A stretch of 64,000 bases of DNA, taken from positions 106,392,001 to 106,456,000 of the forward strand of contig NC_082706.1 of the NCBI RefSeq assembly GCF_030144855.1. Direction: 5' to 3'. The DNA is from Hypanus sabinus (taxonomy: Eukaryota). Positions 47,601 to 61,205 of the stretch are shown one piece after another (positions within the stretch are counted from its first letter, which is position 1; the number at the start of each line of letters is the position of its first letter). Made by a program: the position numbers and the translations under genes. The notes under the pieces are model-generated. The model was not told the DNA's origin, made no database searches, and saw only the letters and a list, made by a program, of their open reading frames with translations.

Positions 47601-49730
47601 GAGCTCAGCGCTTGGATCAACACATGCAATTATGATATCATAACCATGAGTGAGACTTGGTTGCAGAAGGTGCAGGACTCGCAGCTCAGCATTTCGGGTT
47701 CCGTTGTTTTAGACGTGAATGGACCGGGGGCATTAAAGAGCGAGGGATGGCGTTACTAGTCGGGGAAATGTCACGGCATGCTCAGTCAAGAAAGACGGGA
47801 AACTTGTCAAGTGAAGCTTTATGGGTGGAACTGAAGAATACAAAAGCTATGAACCTGTTACCTGGTCTACATTACTGACGACCCAACAGTCCGCGGGGTT
47901 TAGATGAGCTAATCTGTAGAGAGATCGCAGACTGTTGTAAGAACCATAACGTAATAGTATGTGATTTTAAGTTCCCATATATTGACTATAACTCCCATAC
48001 AATAAAAGGATGAGATGGGATACAGTTTGTTATATGTGTTCAGGAAAGCGCCCTTAATCAGTGCATAGACGATTGTGCAATGAGAGATTATGCGATATTT
48101 GATCTTGGCGCGTGATCGAAATTTGCGTCCGGGAACATTTTGCATCTAGCGATCATAATGCTACTAGTTTCAACATAAATATGGAAAAAGATAGGCGCTT
48201 CGTGGGTCGAGTTTCTAAAGTGGACCAAGGCCAATTTTGATGGCATCAGAAAGGACCTGGCAAGTAGGGATTCGGACAGGTTGATTCTGCAAAGGTGTTC
48301 CAGGTAAGTCGGTGATCTTCACAAGTGAAATTCTGAGAGTACAAAGTTCGTATGAGCCTGTCAGAATAAAAGGTAAAGCTAACAGATATAAGGAACCTTG
48401 GTTTTTAAGAGATATGGAGGGCCTGGTTCAGAAAAAAAATAGGCGCATTGCAGGTAGGAACAGACGATGTACGTATGGACTATAAGAAATGCAAGAGAAT
48501 ACTTAACAATAAAATAGGAAGGCAAAAGAAGGCATGAATGTGGCTTAGCAGACAAGTTGAAGGAGAATCCCAAGGGATTCTACAGATATGTTGCGAGCAA
48601 AAGGATTGCATGGGACAAAATTGATCCACTGGAAGATCAGAATGGTGATCTATCCGTGCAGCCAAACGAGAGGGGAGAGATCTTAAACGGATTTTGTTTT
48701 TGCATCTGTATTTACTCGGGAGGCGGACACAGAGTCTTTAGGGGTGTGGCAAATCAGCGGCGAGGTCATGGACCCTGAACAGATGACAGAAGAGGCGGTG
48801 TTTGCTGTCCTGAGGCAAATTAGGGTGGATAAATCCCCAGGGACTGACAAAGAGTTCCTTTGAACCCTGGTGGAAGCAAGTGCAGAAATTGCAGGGGATC
48901 CGAGCAGAGATATTTAGATCATCCTTCGTGACAGGTGACGTACTGCAATATTGGAAACAGCTAATGTGGTTCCACTGTTTAAGAAAGGCTCTAAGTAGAA
49001 ACTAGGAAATATAGACTGGTGAGCCTGACATTAGTGGTGGGAAATTTATTGTAAAGTATTCTAAGGGATCGGATATATGAGTATTTGGATAGACATGGAC
49101 TGATTAGGCACAGTCAGCGTGGCTTTTTGCGTTGTAAATTGTGCCTAGCCAATCTTGTAGAACTGTTTTAGGAGGGTACCAGGAATGTTGATGAAAGCAA
49201 GGCTGTGGATATTGCCTACATGAAGCTTAATGAGCTATTTGACAAGGTACTGCATGGAAGGTTGGTCATGCAGGATCAGTTTTTCGGCATTCCAGATGAG
49301 GTAGTGAATTATCTTAGACATTGGTTTTGTGAGAGAAGCCACAGAAAAGTAGTAGATGGTTTCCTCTCTGAATGGAGACATTTGACTCGTAGCGTGCCAC
49401 AGGGATCGATACAAGCCTTGTTCATTGTCATTTCTAGCGAGGATCTGAATGATAATGTGATTAACTGGGTCAGCAAATTTGCGAATGACACCAAGATTGT
49501 GAGTGTTGTGAACAGTGAGGAAGAATATTAGAACTTGTAGCAGTATCCTGATCAGCTGGAAAATGGGGGGAACACTTACAGGCAGAATTTAATTCAGACA
49601 AGTGCGGGGTGTTGACGTCTTTAGGACCAACCACGGTAGGTCTGAGGAGTGCAGTAGACAAAGGGATCTGGGGATTCAGGTCCGTAATTGATTGAAAGTG
49701 GCGTCACAGGTAGATATGGCTATTTTCTAT
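44690..49730 (+). repeat. Partial third copy (block B) of the duplicated inter-V region (matches about 25600-32470 and 52090-57000)
   Basis: Same order of Rex1 tail, caaataggaggtgtt block, cgtagcatgcccacaatgctcagcag block, Penelope remnant and CR1 as in D1 and D2. Confidence 0.85.
47300..49730 (+). mobile_element. CR1 LINE, block B copy
   Basis: EN start (tatttcaatgcaagttgtattgtaggaaag), DIAYMKLNELFDKVLHG...SVPQGS...FANDTK remnants. Confidence 0.8.
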
Positions 49731-50669
49731 AACTACCTATATATGTCATTGTTCATTGTGTCCCCTAGTGGTTACAGCTCTTTGTATTATTTTGAAAGGA
49801 TGAAGGCTCACCATCTTCTTTTCCTTCTCCTTCTTCTTTGTTTTTAGTCTTTTGCTTCTTCCATTTCCAATTGTTTTGTTCTCCTGGAGCTTATTGCAAT
49901 GATTATGGAACCACACGCTTTACACCTCGTTCTTAACTTCTGAAACAACGTTGGATCAAAAACATCAAAATCCTACACTGTTGTCTCTCCACCAATAGTG
50001 ACCATTTTAAGGCTGTGCATTTTATTGACATCCAATGAAGGAGAAGTTAAAAAGAAAGAGAAGTCAGGAACAACGATTCTTAGTAAATCAGAACGTAAGA
50101 ACTTAAGAAATGGGAGTAACTGTAGTCCCTCTGATCCATCAACCCTGCTGCACCATTTGATAAAATCATGGCTGATCTGGTCGTGGGCTCAGCTCCCCCT
50201 CCTGCCTTTTCTCCAAAACCATTACATTCTCTAGTAATCAGAACTCTATCTTATGTATTAACTAGATTTTACGAAGTCTGCCTCCCAAGGCAGAAAACTC
50301 CAGATTCACCACAGCTGCAGGTGACTCATAGGCTAACCCTCTCATCTTTGGAATCAACCTGGTAAGCTGCCTTTGTATCTCCTACAAAGTGCATGTTTTC
50401 TCATGATGCAAGATTAGAATTGAACGCAGTACTCCAGATTTGACCATAGCAATAACCCGTGCTGTTGCAGTCCTCTATGTTTGTCAATACATGTCCCCCA
50501 ACTTATCTTTGAATAAATCTTTTATGTGGCACCTTATCGAACAATTTCTGGAAATCCAAGAATAAAACATCCGCCTGTTCTCCTCTGTCTGCTACACTTG
50601 TTATATTCTCAAACAACTCCAGAAAGCTAGCAAGACTTGCCTTTACTGAATCCATGCTGTACCTGCCTG

Positions 50670-51260
50670 ATAGAACCACTTCACAAGAACAGGCCATTCA
50701 GCCTATATATTCTTGTAATTGTGTCTTGTTATTCTTGTTATTGTGCTTGTTATTGTGTCTGCTGCTGCGATACCTGCTTCCACCTCCACCACAGTCATCT
50801 CAGGCAGCGTTTTCAAGACTTAGCACTTGCTGTGTAAAAAAGTCATAGATTTCTATTAAACTTCCTCTGATCTTAAATCAATATTTTCTGGTATTGGATA
50901 TTTCCATCCTCTGAAAAAGATTTTGACAGTCTATCCACTCTTCTCATAGTTCATCAGTCCTCCTCCAGCCTGTGATGCTCCAGACAAAACACTCCAAGTT
51001 TGTCAACCTGTTCTTATAGCTAATACTCTCTACACCAACGATCATCCTGGTGATTCTATTCTGCATCCTTTCCAAAGCCCCCACTCCTTTCCAGCATTGC
51101 ACATGACTAAAACTGCACATGATACACGGAACATGGCCTAACCACACTTTAATGTAAATTTTAATACAACATGACTCCCAACTTTCATACTCAATGCCTT
51201 AACCAATAAATGCAAGTATGCTATAGCATTCTTTACTATCTTGTCCACTTGTGTCCCTGA
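50670..51260 (-). mobile_element. CR1 3' fragment
   Basis: cacaagaacaggccattcagcc start; minus ORF VGALERMQNRITRMIVGVESISYKNRL. Confidence 0.6.
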
Positions 51261-54009
51261 GAGACCTTGAGAGTTAGTCAATTCTTTCCAGGCTTTATAT
51301 TTGTAGTCTTTACAGATTCTTTACTCTTTTAAAAGGGAACTGAATGGGCAAAAGAAAACCGTGGATGGCAGAAAGGGAGAAACTGCTCAATCAGCATGGC
51401 TTGACAGACTGAATGGCCTCTAATGCTGTAATCGGTAAGAAATTCGAATAACACAGGAAGAGGCTTTTCACACCATTCATCCATGCTGGCTCCCAGTGGA
51501 ACAACATCATCAGCCCCATTCCCTTTCTTCACTTCCCTGTAGGCCTACAACATATTCTCTCTCTCATGCCCATCAATCCTTGGAATCCGTCGTATTACTG
51601 AGGGGTAATTTACTGTGGCCACGTAACTCACTGCCATGATCCAATCTACACAGGCCTGCTATCATTAGCTGGAAGAGGTGAAAATGAAAACAACTGTCAA
51701 TGGTGCTGGTGTTGCTGTTGTTGCTTGTGGTCTATGGAACATGGTGGGCATGTGGACTGCCCCCAGCACAATTGCTGATGGTTAATGCGAGCAACAGTTC
51801 CACTGTCCTTTTTGTTGTAAATGTGATAAATACATCAATCTGAATTTGACTGCTGCCTGTTTGTTCAAATGGCCGAAATATTCAAGGATGTGTCACTGCA
51901 GACATGATTAGACAAAAAAAAACCCTAAATAATACCTACGAAAATAATCATATACCTACATGGCATTAAATCATCACATGGTTGTTGGGAAGTACTCAGT
52001 ACCCGAGTAATTTCCCCTCTAATAAAGCATGGAAAAATAGGGATTGAGTTTGGGAGAATACTCGGAACAACCTTGCTGCTGGATATTATAATGTGTATGT
52101 TGCAGTTCCGACACAAATAAGGTGTTCTTCAGCAAACGATCTCCCAAGACTAGGGTGTGGAGAATAGTTGGAAGGACATGTCATGTTGAGTATTATTACC
52201 ATTCTGCAAAGTATAGACATGCATTGAGTGAGGGGGCAAAAATCTGGCAGATGAAATGTGGACAGGATTAGGTCATGAGCTTTATTAAGAAGAATCAAAC
52301 GACAGATTATTGTCTAAATAGAGAGATACTGCAAATGAGTGAAGTACAGAGGGACTGAGATGTTCATGTGCATGTATTGCAAAATGCTACGCAGTATTCG
52401 TATTGCAGAATGTTACTAGCCAGTCAAGAAAGCAAATGAAATTTTGGAAGGGAAGTTTTCTTGCGGTTGTCCAGGGCCACACCTGGAATACTGTGCATGG
52501 CTTTTGCTCCTTTACCTGCAAAAGTATATACGAGTATTGAAGGAGATCCAGAGGGGTTTCACCAGACTAATTCTTGAGATGAGAGAATTGTCTTTCCGAG
52601 AGCCAGACATTTTAGGTCTGTTTTCCTTAGAGTTCTGAAAAAGTGAGAAGTGACTTTATTGAGACGTACAAGATAGTACAGATATTGAGAGAGTTTCACT
52701 ACTGGGGGCAGCCCGCAAGTGTTACCACACAGCCGTTGCCAACGTAGCATGCCCACAATGCTCAGCAGAACACAACAAGCAACAAATCAACAACAGCAAC
52801 CAAGCTCCATTCCTCCCTCCCACCATCTTCATATACAGTCTTCTAACCCCAAGACCCTCCATATGCTTCAGCCTCCAGACTCCAGAAGACACAGAATCAT
52901 ACTCGGACACATAGACATTGGCCATTCGACAACCCATGTGGACTAACGGACATCTACACACCCAGGGCATCAGCCAACGGGCCTTCTCCAGACTTCTGGG
53001 AACTGGCACAGAAGAGGAGTTAAGTCTAGCACTCGGGTCAAAACAGTTAATCATTCAGCTCAGCGGAAGAAGGATAGTTCGAAGGCGATTTATGCTCATT
53101 AAAGAGCATATTGAGTTTTTCCGTGTAAAGAGCCTTTACTTCAGAATGTCATCATGTCACCACTCTGTCTCCCCTTTACGTATTTTCCTCAACTGCCTGC
53201 CACCTTCCTCTGGCGCCCTCCTTCTTCCCTCTCTCCTTCCTTCCTCTCCCGTTTTTTACTTTTCCCACCCACCTGCCTTTATCTATCACCTTCTAGCAAT
53301 CCTCCTTCCACGTGCCATCTTTACTTTCTGGAGTCTTCTCACTTCTTTTCCTGTTCCAAAGAAGGATGTCAGCTCGAAACATCGACTGTTCATTCATTTT
53401 TCATAGCTGCTACCTGACCTGCCAAGTACTTCCTCATTTTGCGTGTGTTGCTTTGGATTTCCAGCATCGGCAGAATTTCTCATTCCATAGAGGTTTCCAG
53501 TAAGATCAAAGATGGCGTCAGAAACTGGTGGGAGTCAGGATGGTAGGAGAAATCGGCGGCGTGAATATTTATTGGTAACACATGCTGGAAATGCAGGGGA
53601 TGCTGGCAGTGGACACCTGGTCCAGATGGCTTGCATCCAGAGTTCCTGAGGAAAGTTGGGTCAGTCAATACAGAGAATTGCCCTCATCTTCCACTACCTC
53701 GGGGGGAGGGGGCGGAGGAACGTGTCACCTTTGTTTAGGAAAAAGTGGATGCATATTCCCAGAACCCATTGACCAATCAGTCTGACAGCAACATCCGTAA
53801 AAATTAGAAATGAAGTTAAAGAAGAAAATCAACAGGCACTTGGGTAGGAGAATGCAGGTGAGTGAGCACTGGCTTGTAAAATGCAAAGTGGATTTAATTA
53901 ATATAATTGATTATTTCATTAAATAACTGAGAAGCTGATGTAAGTCAAGTTAATCATGTTTCTATGCACTAATACAATCCGACCAACTGAATTTCTCTCA
54001 CAACTTTGA

Positions 54010-57000
54010 ACAGAGAGCAATTAGCGTGAGAAAGCAAAGTTCACCCGGTTCGCCGATTGAGTACGTTAGGCATCGAATAGTGCGAGTCTGGTTTCTGAAC
54101 AGTCAGCGATCGAGATTGTTTGGCAAGAACATACTAAAATATGACAGGGGCAAGTGCAATGGTTATTTTTGGAGCAGCCTTTGTTGGAGTGGTCTCTGTT
54201 ATTTCTGGCTTTAGCTCTTCGAGTCTTCAGCGAGGTGAGGCTTCAGAGATAAAAGGTGATAAAGCTGCAGGTAGATCTTACTTTTAGCTTAGTTCTTTAT
54301 ATTTGCAAAGTCAAAACAGTAGGGATGCCAAGGGGGATAGTTGAATGCACCTCTTGCGGGATGTGGGAAGGCAGGAAGACCTCCAGTGTCTCTGAAGACT
54401 TTACCTGTGAGAAATGCAGCCAGCTGCAGCTTCAGACACTCCACATTAAGGAGCTGGAGCTGGAACTGCATAAACTCCAGATCATTTGGGAAACTGAGGC
54501 GGTGATTGACAGGATATATAGAGAGATAGTTACACCCAAGGTTTGGGGTACAGAATACCGGATAGTAGTCAGGGCAGGTGATGAAAGATTGTGTAGGGGA
54601 ACACTTTACATCTAGTGATCACAATGCCATTAGCCTCGAAGTAATTATGGAACAAGATATGTCTGGTCCGTGGGTTGATATTCTAAATTGGACCAAGGCC
54701 AATTTTGATTGTATCAGAAGGGATCTGGCAAGTATGAATCAGGACAGGCTGTTTTCCGGCAAAGCTGTTCAAGGTAAGTCGGTGGCCTTCAAAAGAGAAA
54801 TTCTGAGAGTACAAAGCTCGAGTATAACTGTCAGAATAAAAGGTAAAGATAACAACTGTAGGGAATCTTAATGTTCAAGAGATATGAGATCCAAGATGGT
54901 GGCGCGACGCAGCTTGCAGCGGCCACTCCGGAACTGATTATCTGTTATTTGTGAAGTGGGGTGCCGTGCGCAATCATAATCGATTGAAAACGGACGTGGA
55001 AGCACGGAGAAACATCGGGAAATTACAGGAAGACCTTCTACGTTGCTGCTGCTGCTGTGAGGTCCGGGACTCTGCTGGGAAGAACAGGCCCCCAGTCCTC
55101 GGGGTCGCATTGCCGATGGCCTTTGGCGGGGCTGTCTTAATACGCTCGGCAGAGGATGGTGCTCGGAAAAGCTGTGCCGGAGGGGATGGTCGTCGGCTTG
55201 GAGGTTCGGAGTCCTTTTGACTGACTCAGGCGCTTTCGGTGTGTGCTGTGTCTGCGAAGCTGGTTTCGACGGAGCTTCCATTGTGTGCTGCGTCTGCGAG
55301 GCTGAGTCGGGCGGAGCCTTGGAAGTCTATAGCGGCGGGGGTACTCTCTTCTGCCGCCGGCGTGGGATGGCGAGTATGTCGGGACCCTGGGGACTTGTGG
55401 AAACTGTGGTGATTTCTTTTGAACTTACAGTCCTTTAAAATCTTGGACTAATTTTACTGTGCCCGTAGTCTGTTTTTTTAATCAATTATGCTATTGTTTG
55501 CACTGTTGTAACTATATGTTGTAATTATGTGGTTTTGTGCAGGTCTTGTCGCTTTAGTTTTTGGTCTTGTTTTGTCTGGTTGGATTGGAGCTCCTTTCCG
55601 GGTAACGCGCTAGACGGCAGCGCGATATTAATATGCAGCAGTCTCTCCGGACTCTGGATTGGGGATTGCCAAACGTCACGTGGATTTTCTGGTGTAGTCT
55701 GTTTTGTCATATGCTTTTGAGATATCATGCTGGGGGAACGTTGTCTCATTTTTTAACTGCATTGCATTTGTGGTTTCTAAATGACAATAAACTGAATCTG
55801 AATATGGAGAGCCTCGTTAAGAAGTAAAAGAGATGCACTATAGGTAGGAGTAGATGAAGTACTTACGGAGTATAGGAAATGCAAGAGAATTCTTAAGAAA
55901 TAAACAGGAAAGCTAAAAGAAAGCATGGGGTTACCTTACACACAAGCTGAAGGTGAATCCTTAAGGATTGTACAGATACGTTAAGAGCAAAGGGATTGTA
56001 AGGGACAACAATGGTCCTCTGGAAGGTCAGAATGGTTATCAATGCGTGGAGCCAAAAGAGATAGAGGAGATCTTAAATGGATTTCCTTTTTACATCTGTA
56101 TTTACTCTGGAGATGTAGACGGTCTTTAGAAGTGAGGCAAAACAGCGGCGAGGTCATGGACCCAATACAGATTACGGAGGAGGAGGTGTTTGCTGTCTTG
56201 AGGCGCATTTGGGTGTGTAAATCCCCAGAGCATAACAAGGTGTTTTTTGAACCCTGTGGGAAGCAAGTGCAGAAATTGCAGGGGCCCAAGCAGAGATATT
56301 TAGATAATCTTTAGCAAAAGGTGAGATAGTGGAAGATTGGAGGACAACTAATGTTGTTCGCCTTTTAAGGAAGACTTTGAGTAGAAAGCAGGAAATTATA
56401 GGCTGCTCAGCCTAACATTATTAGTGGGAAATTTATTGGAAGGTATTCTAAGGGGCCGGCTATGTGAGTATTTAGATAGATATGCACTGTGTAGGCACAG
56501 TTAACGTGGCTTTTTGCGTGGTAGATCTTACCTAACCAAACTTGTAGAGCTTTTTGAGGAGGTTACAGGGAAGCTGATGAAAACAAGGCAGTGGATTTTG
56601 TCTACATGGACTTCAGTAAGACATTTGACAAGGTCCCTCATAGGAGGTTAGTCATGAAGGTTCAGTTATTAGGCATTCAAGATGAGGTAGTAAATTGGCT
56701 TAGACATTGGCTTTGTGGGAGAAGCCAGAGTGCCATAGTAGATGGTAGCCTCTCTGACTGGCGATCTCTGACTGGTGGTCGATTCTGGGTCTGTTGATTT
56801 TCATTTATAGCAATGATCTGGATGATAATATGGTTAACTGGATCGGTATATTTGTGGATGGCACCATGATTGGGAGTGTCCTGAACAGTGATGAAGACTA
56901 TTTGAGTTTGTAGAACCAAATGCAAGGTGTTGCATTTCGGTAGGACCAACCAAGGTAGGTCGTAGAGAGTGAGCGATAGGAGTTTAGTAGACAAAGGGAT

Positions 57001-57680
57001 CTGGTAATACAGGTCCCTAATTCATTGATGGTAGCGTCACGGATAAAAAGGACCATAAAGAAAACTTCCGGTACATTGCTCTTCATAGATCAATGTTTTC
57101 AGTACAGGTGTTGTGATGTTATGTTGAAGTTGTTTAAGATGTTGATAAGGCCTACTTTGGAATATTTTGTGCGGTTTTGCTGACCTACCTACAGTAAAGA
57201 TGTAATAAAGATGAAGAAATACAGAGAAAACTTACCAGGTTGCTTCCAGGACCAGCGAACCTGAGTTAAAAGGAAAGATTGATTGGGTTTGGACTTTGTT
57301 TCTTGGAACGGAGAAGATGGAGGGGAGACTTGATACAGGTATATAAAATTATGAAGGGTATAGATAGGCTTTGTCCACTGAGGATGGGTGGGTCTACAAC
57401 TAGAGGTGATTGGTTAAGTATGAAAGATGAAAAGTTTAAGAGGAACATGAGGGGAAACTTCTTCACTCAGAGGTTTATGAGGATGTAGAATGAACTGCCA
57501 GTGCGACTGGTGCATGTGGCTTCGATTTCAACGTTTTAGAGAACTTTGGATAGGTACGTTGCTTCCCTCCGTTTGGAGGGCTGTGGTCGGGGTGCAGGTC
57601 GAAGGAACCAGATAGTTTAAATGATTCGGCACGAATTAAATTGGTCGAAGCGACTGTTTCTGTGAAGTACTATTCTATCT
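54010..57680 (+). mobile_element. CR1 LINE, D2 copy, interrupted at 54889-55803
   Basis: ORF1 VECTSCGMWE...FTCEKCSQLQLQ (54256-54615), EN SSDHNAI, RT VDFVYMDFSKTFDKVPH, C-terminus LERRRWRGDLIQVYKI. Confidence 0.85.
54889..55803 (+). mobile_element. About 915-bp GC-rich non-autonomous retroelement
   Basis: Starts ccaagatggtggcg, ends atgacaataaactgaatctgaat; approximate TSD atatg(g)ag; absent at the homologous sites about 28515 and 48410. Confidence 0.75.
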
Positions 57681-59149
57681 CTCCATGGCTGATCAATTTC
57701 ATTTCCTTTCGATCAGGCCCTGTGTTTGTCCATTGTCCAGAGGCGTGAGGGGAGGAGTTTAATCTAACCAGTGACAATGGATGCTCAGTTTCAACTTGAC
57801 TTTGATCGTCCTGATGGAAAAATGAAGGGAATGGCCGGTAACAGCATGGAGTGGCTGAAGGTGTCGGCAGAGTCCTCTTCTATAGAACTAGAAGCAGGGT
57901 AAGAAATGAACGTCATTCTGCGGACGTTAATCATCAATAGGTGGCGAGATTACTGCCGCCAAAGGCAGGGTGCAGAACTCAACAAAAACAGAAACTTTGA
58001 TATAAATGAGTAGCTTGAAGCCTAGTGACCACATAAACAACACATTTATACAATTAAGTTTATATGATGCCCATGATGCAGTAAGATTCCAATAGGTGCT
58101 TCACGGGAATGCAACTTAAAATTTGTCAAGAATTTAGTAAAGTTAGACTCTGCCTTCATTACTTCTTAAATTTCGGGTTTCAGTGTAAAATTAATTATTA
58201 AGAATTATTCAATGGCGAAAAGGTTCAATGCGCAAGCAGTTGTATTCACTTCTCCAGATTTCCTCGACAAACCAGAAGACAAGGAAACAGCATCGGATAA
58301 AGGGCGGAAGGAGAAGGCCATTAGGCCCCAAGTCCTGTCCCAGTATTCAATATGTTCATAGCTAGTATGTGCCAGGTCTCAGCATCTCCTCCATCCCAGA
58401 ACCTCATGGTCCTCTCTTCTCCGATTCCTACATTTGTTATACTGCACAGATACAACCCCTTCAGCCCTATTCCACCACGCTTTCAATGGCCAGTGGAGAG
58501 AAGTACATTTATTGTTTCACATCAAAATTTCAGACATCTGTCTACCAACCTTCAATGACACAGGCTGCACAAATCCATTGAGATTCTAAAAAATCGTTTC
58601 CCTCTGCCAGAAATTGTATAAAACGTCCCACACCTCTATTTCCTCTGGGATGTAAGAGATCGTGATATAAATCAACAACATATTCGAACTGAAGAGGTGG
58701 ATGGGAACGTTGACCGGCGCGAGTCTACTTTCCATCAGGGAGATGTCTCTCAGCTCTGTGGACATTGTGCGGCTTATTCATATCAATGGCGTTGAGGTAA
58801 GAAACCAGCTGAAAGGATGGAGTAGGGTGAGGGGAACTCGGGACATGTCCAAACCGAATGTATTCCGCACTCTGTACTATTGAGTATCATGGCGAAACCG
58901 CAGACGTCACTACTTCATTCGGAATTTGAGGATATTTGGTGTGTCAGCAGATACTCCTGCAATAGTTTTTCAGATACACCACGGAGAATATTCAGCTTAT
59001 ATAGGTCCCGTAATGCAAGAGGTTGTAGAGGGTTGTCGATTCAACCAGCTCCTTCACGGCAAAACCATCTCCGCCATCGGAGACATTTTAAGAGGCAGTG
59101 GTTCAACAAGGCGGCATTCATTATTAAAGACCCTCACCATCCGGGACAT

Positions 59150-61205
59150 CAATAGACAATAGACAGTAGGTGCAGGAGTAGGCCATTCGGTCCTTCTAGC
59201 CAGCACCACCATTCACAGTGATCATGGCTGATCATACACAACCCAGTACCCCGTTCGTGCCCTCTCCCCATATCCCTTAACCCCGCTATCTATAAGAGCT
59301 CTATCTAACTCTCTCTTGAATGCATCCAGAGACTTGGCCTCCACTGCCTTCTGGGGCAGAGCATTCCACATATCCACCACTCTCTGGGTGAAAAAGTTTT
59401 TCCGCATCTCTGTTCTAAATGGCCTACCCCTTATTCTTAAACTGTGGCCTCTAGTTCTGGACTCACCCATCAGCGGGAACATGCTTCCTGCCTCCAGTGC
59501 GTCCAATCCGTTAATAATCTTATATGTTTCAATCAGATTCCCTCTCAACCTTCTAAATGCCAGTGTATACAAGCCCAGTCGCTCCAATCTTTCAACATAT
59601 GACAGTCCTGTCATTCAAGGAATTAACCTTGTGTATCTACGCTGCACTCCCTCAATAGCAAGAATGTCCTTCCTCAGATTTGGAGACCAGAACTGCACAT
59701 AATACTCCAGGTGGGGTCTCATCAGGGCCCTATACAGCTGCAGAAGGACCTCTTTACTCCTATACTCAATTCCTCTTGTTATAAAAGCCAGCATGCCATT
59801 AGCTTTCTTCACTGCCTGCTGTACCTGCATGTTTGCTTTCATTGACTGATGTACAAGAACACCTAGATCTCGTTGAACTTCCCCTTTTCCTAACTTGACT
59901 CCATTTAGATAGTAATTTGCCTTCCTGTTCTTGCCACCAAAGTGGATAACCTCACAGTTATCCACATTAAACTGCATCTGCCATACATTTGCCCACTCAC
60001 CCAACCTGTCCAAGTCACCCTGCATTCTCATAACATCTTCCTGACATTTCACACTGCCACCCAGCTTTGTGTCATCAGCAAATTTGCAAATGTTACTTTT
60101 AATCCCTTCATCTAAATCATTAATGTATATTGTAAACAGCTGCAGTCCCAGCACTGAACCTTGCAGTACCCCACTAGTCACAGCCTGCCATTCCCAAAGG
60201 GACCCGTTAATCGCTACACTTTGTTTCCTGTCAGCCAGCCAATTTTCAATCCATGTCAGTACTCTGCCCCCAATACCATGTGCCCTAATTTTGCCCACTA
60301 ATCTCCTATGTGGGACTTTATCAAAAGCTTTCTGGAAGTCCAGGTACACTACATCCACTGGCTTTCCCTTGTCCATTTTCATAGTTACATCCTCAAAAAA
60401 CTCCAGAAGATTAGTCAAGCATGATTTTCCCTTCATAAATCCATGCTGACTCGGACTGATCCTTCTACTGCTATCCAAATGTGTCGTAATTTCCTCTTTT
60501 ATAATTGACTCCAGCATCTTTCCCACCACTGATGTCAGGCTAACAGGTCTATAATTCCCTGTTTTCTCTCTCCTTCCTTTCTTGAATAGTGGGACAACAT
60601 TAGCCACCCTCCAATCAGCAGGAACTGTCCCTGAATCTATAGAACATTGGAAAATGATTACCAGTGCTCCACGATTTCTAGAGCCACCTTTTTAAGTGGC
60701 CTGGGATGCAGACCATCAGGTCCCGGGGACTTACCAGCCTTCAGACTCACCAGTCTATCCAACACCGTTTCTTCTCTAATATAAATTTCCTTCAGTTCAT
60801 CCTTTACCCTAGTTCTTTTGGCCACTATTACATCTGGGAGATTGTTTGTGTCTTCCCTAGTGAAGACAGATCTAAAGTACCTGTTCAATTCGTCTGCCAT
60901 TTCCTTGTTCCCCATAATAAATTCACCGTTTCGTTTTCAATGGCCCAATTGTGGTCTTAACTATTCTTTGCTATTCACATACCTAAGGAAGCTTTTATTA
61001 TCTTCCTTTACATTCTTGGCTAGTTTACCTTCGTACCTCAATTTTTCTTGGCGTATTGCCTTTTTTGTTATCTCCCGTTGCTTTTTAAAAGCTTCTCAGT
61101 CCCTGCTCATCTTTGCTATGTTATACTTCTCTTTTATTTTTATACTGCCCTTTACTTCCCTCGTCAGCCTCGGCCGCCCCCTACTCCCCTTAGGATCTTT
61201 CTTCC
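59150..61205 (-). mobile_element. Young 5'-truncated CR1 LINE
   Basis: 3' microsatellite (tattgtc)n at 59150-59165; long RT frame; only one stop (at 59615) and one frameshift (about 60650) seen. Confidence 0.92.
59615..60607 (-). pseudogene. CR1 ORF2 reverse transcriptase domain (330 aa open)
   Basis: NYRPVSLTSVVGK, QHGFMKGKSCLTNL, YLDFQKAFDKVPH, GVLQGSVLG, FADDTK; same frame continues at 59222-59614 after a TGA. Confidence 0.93.
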
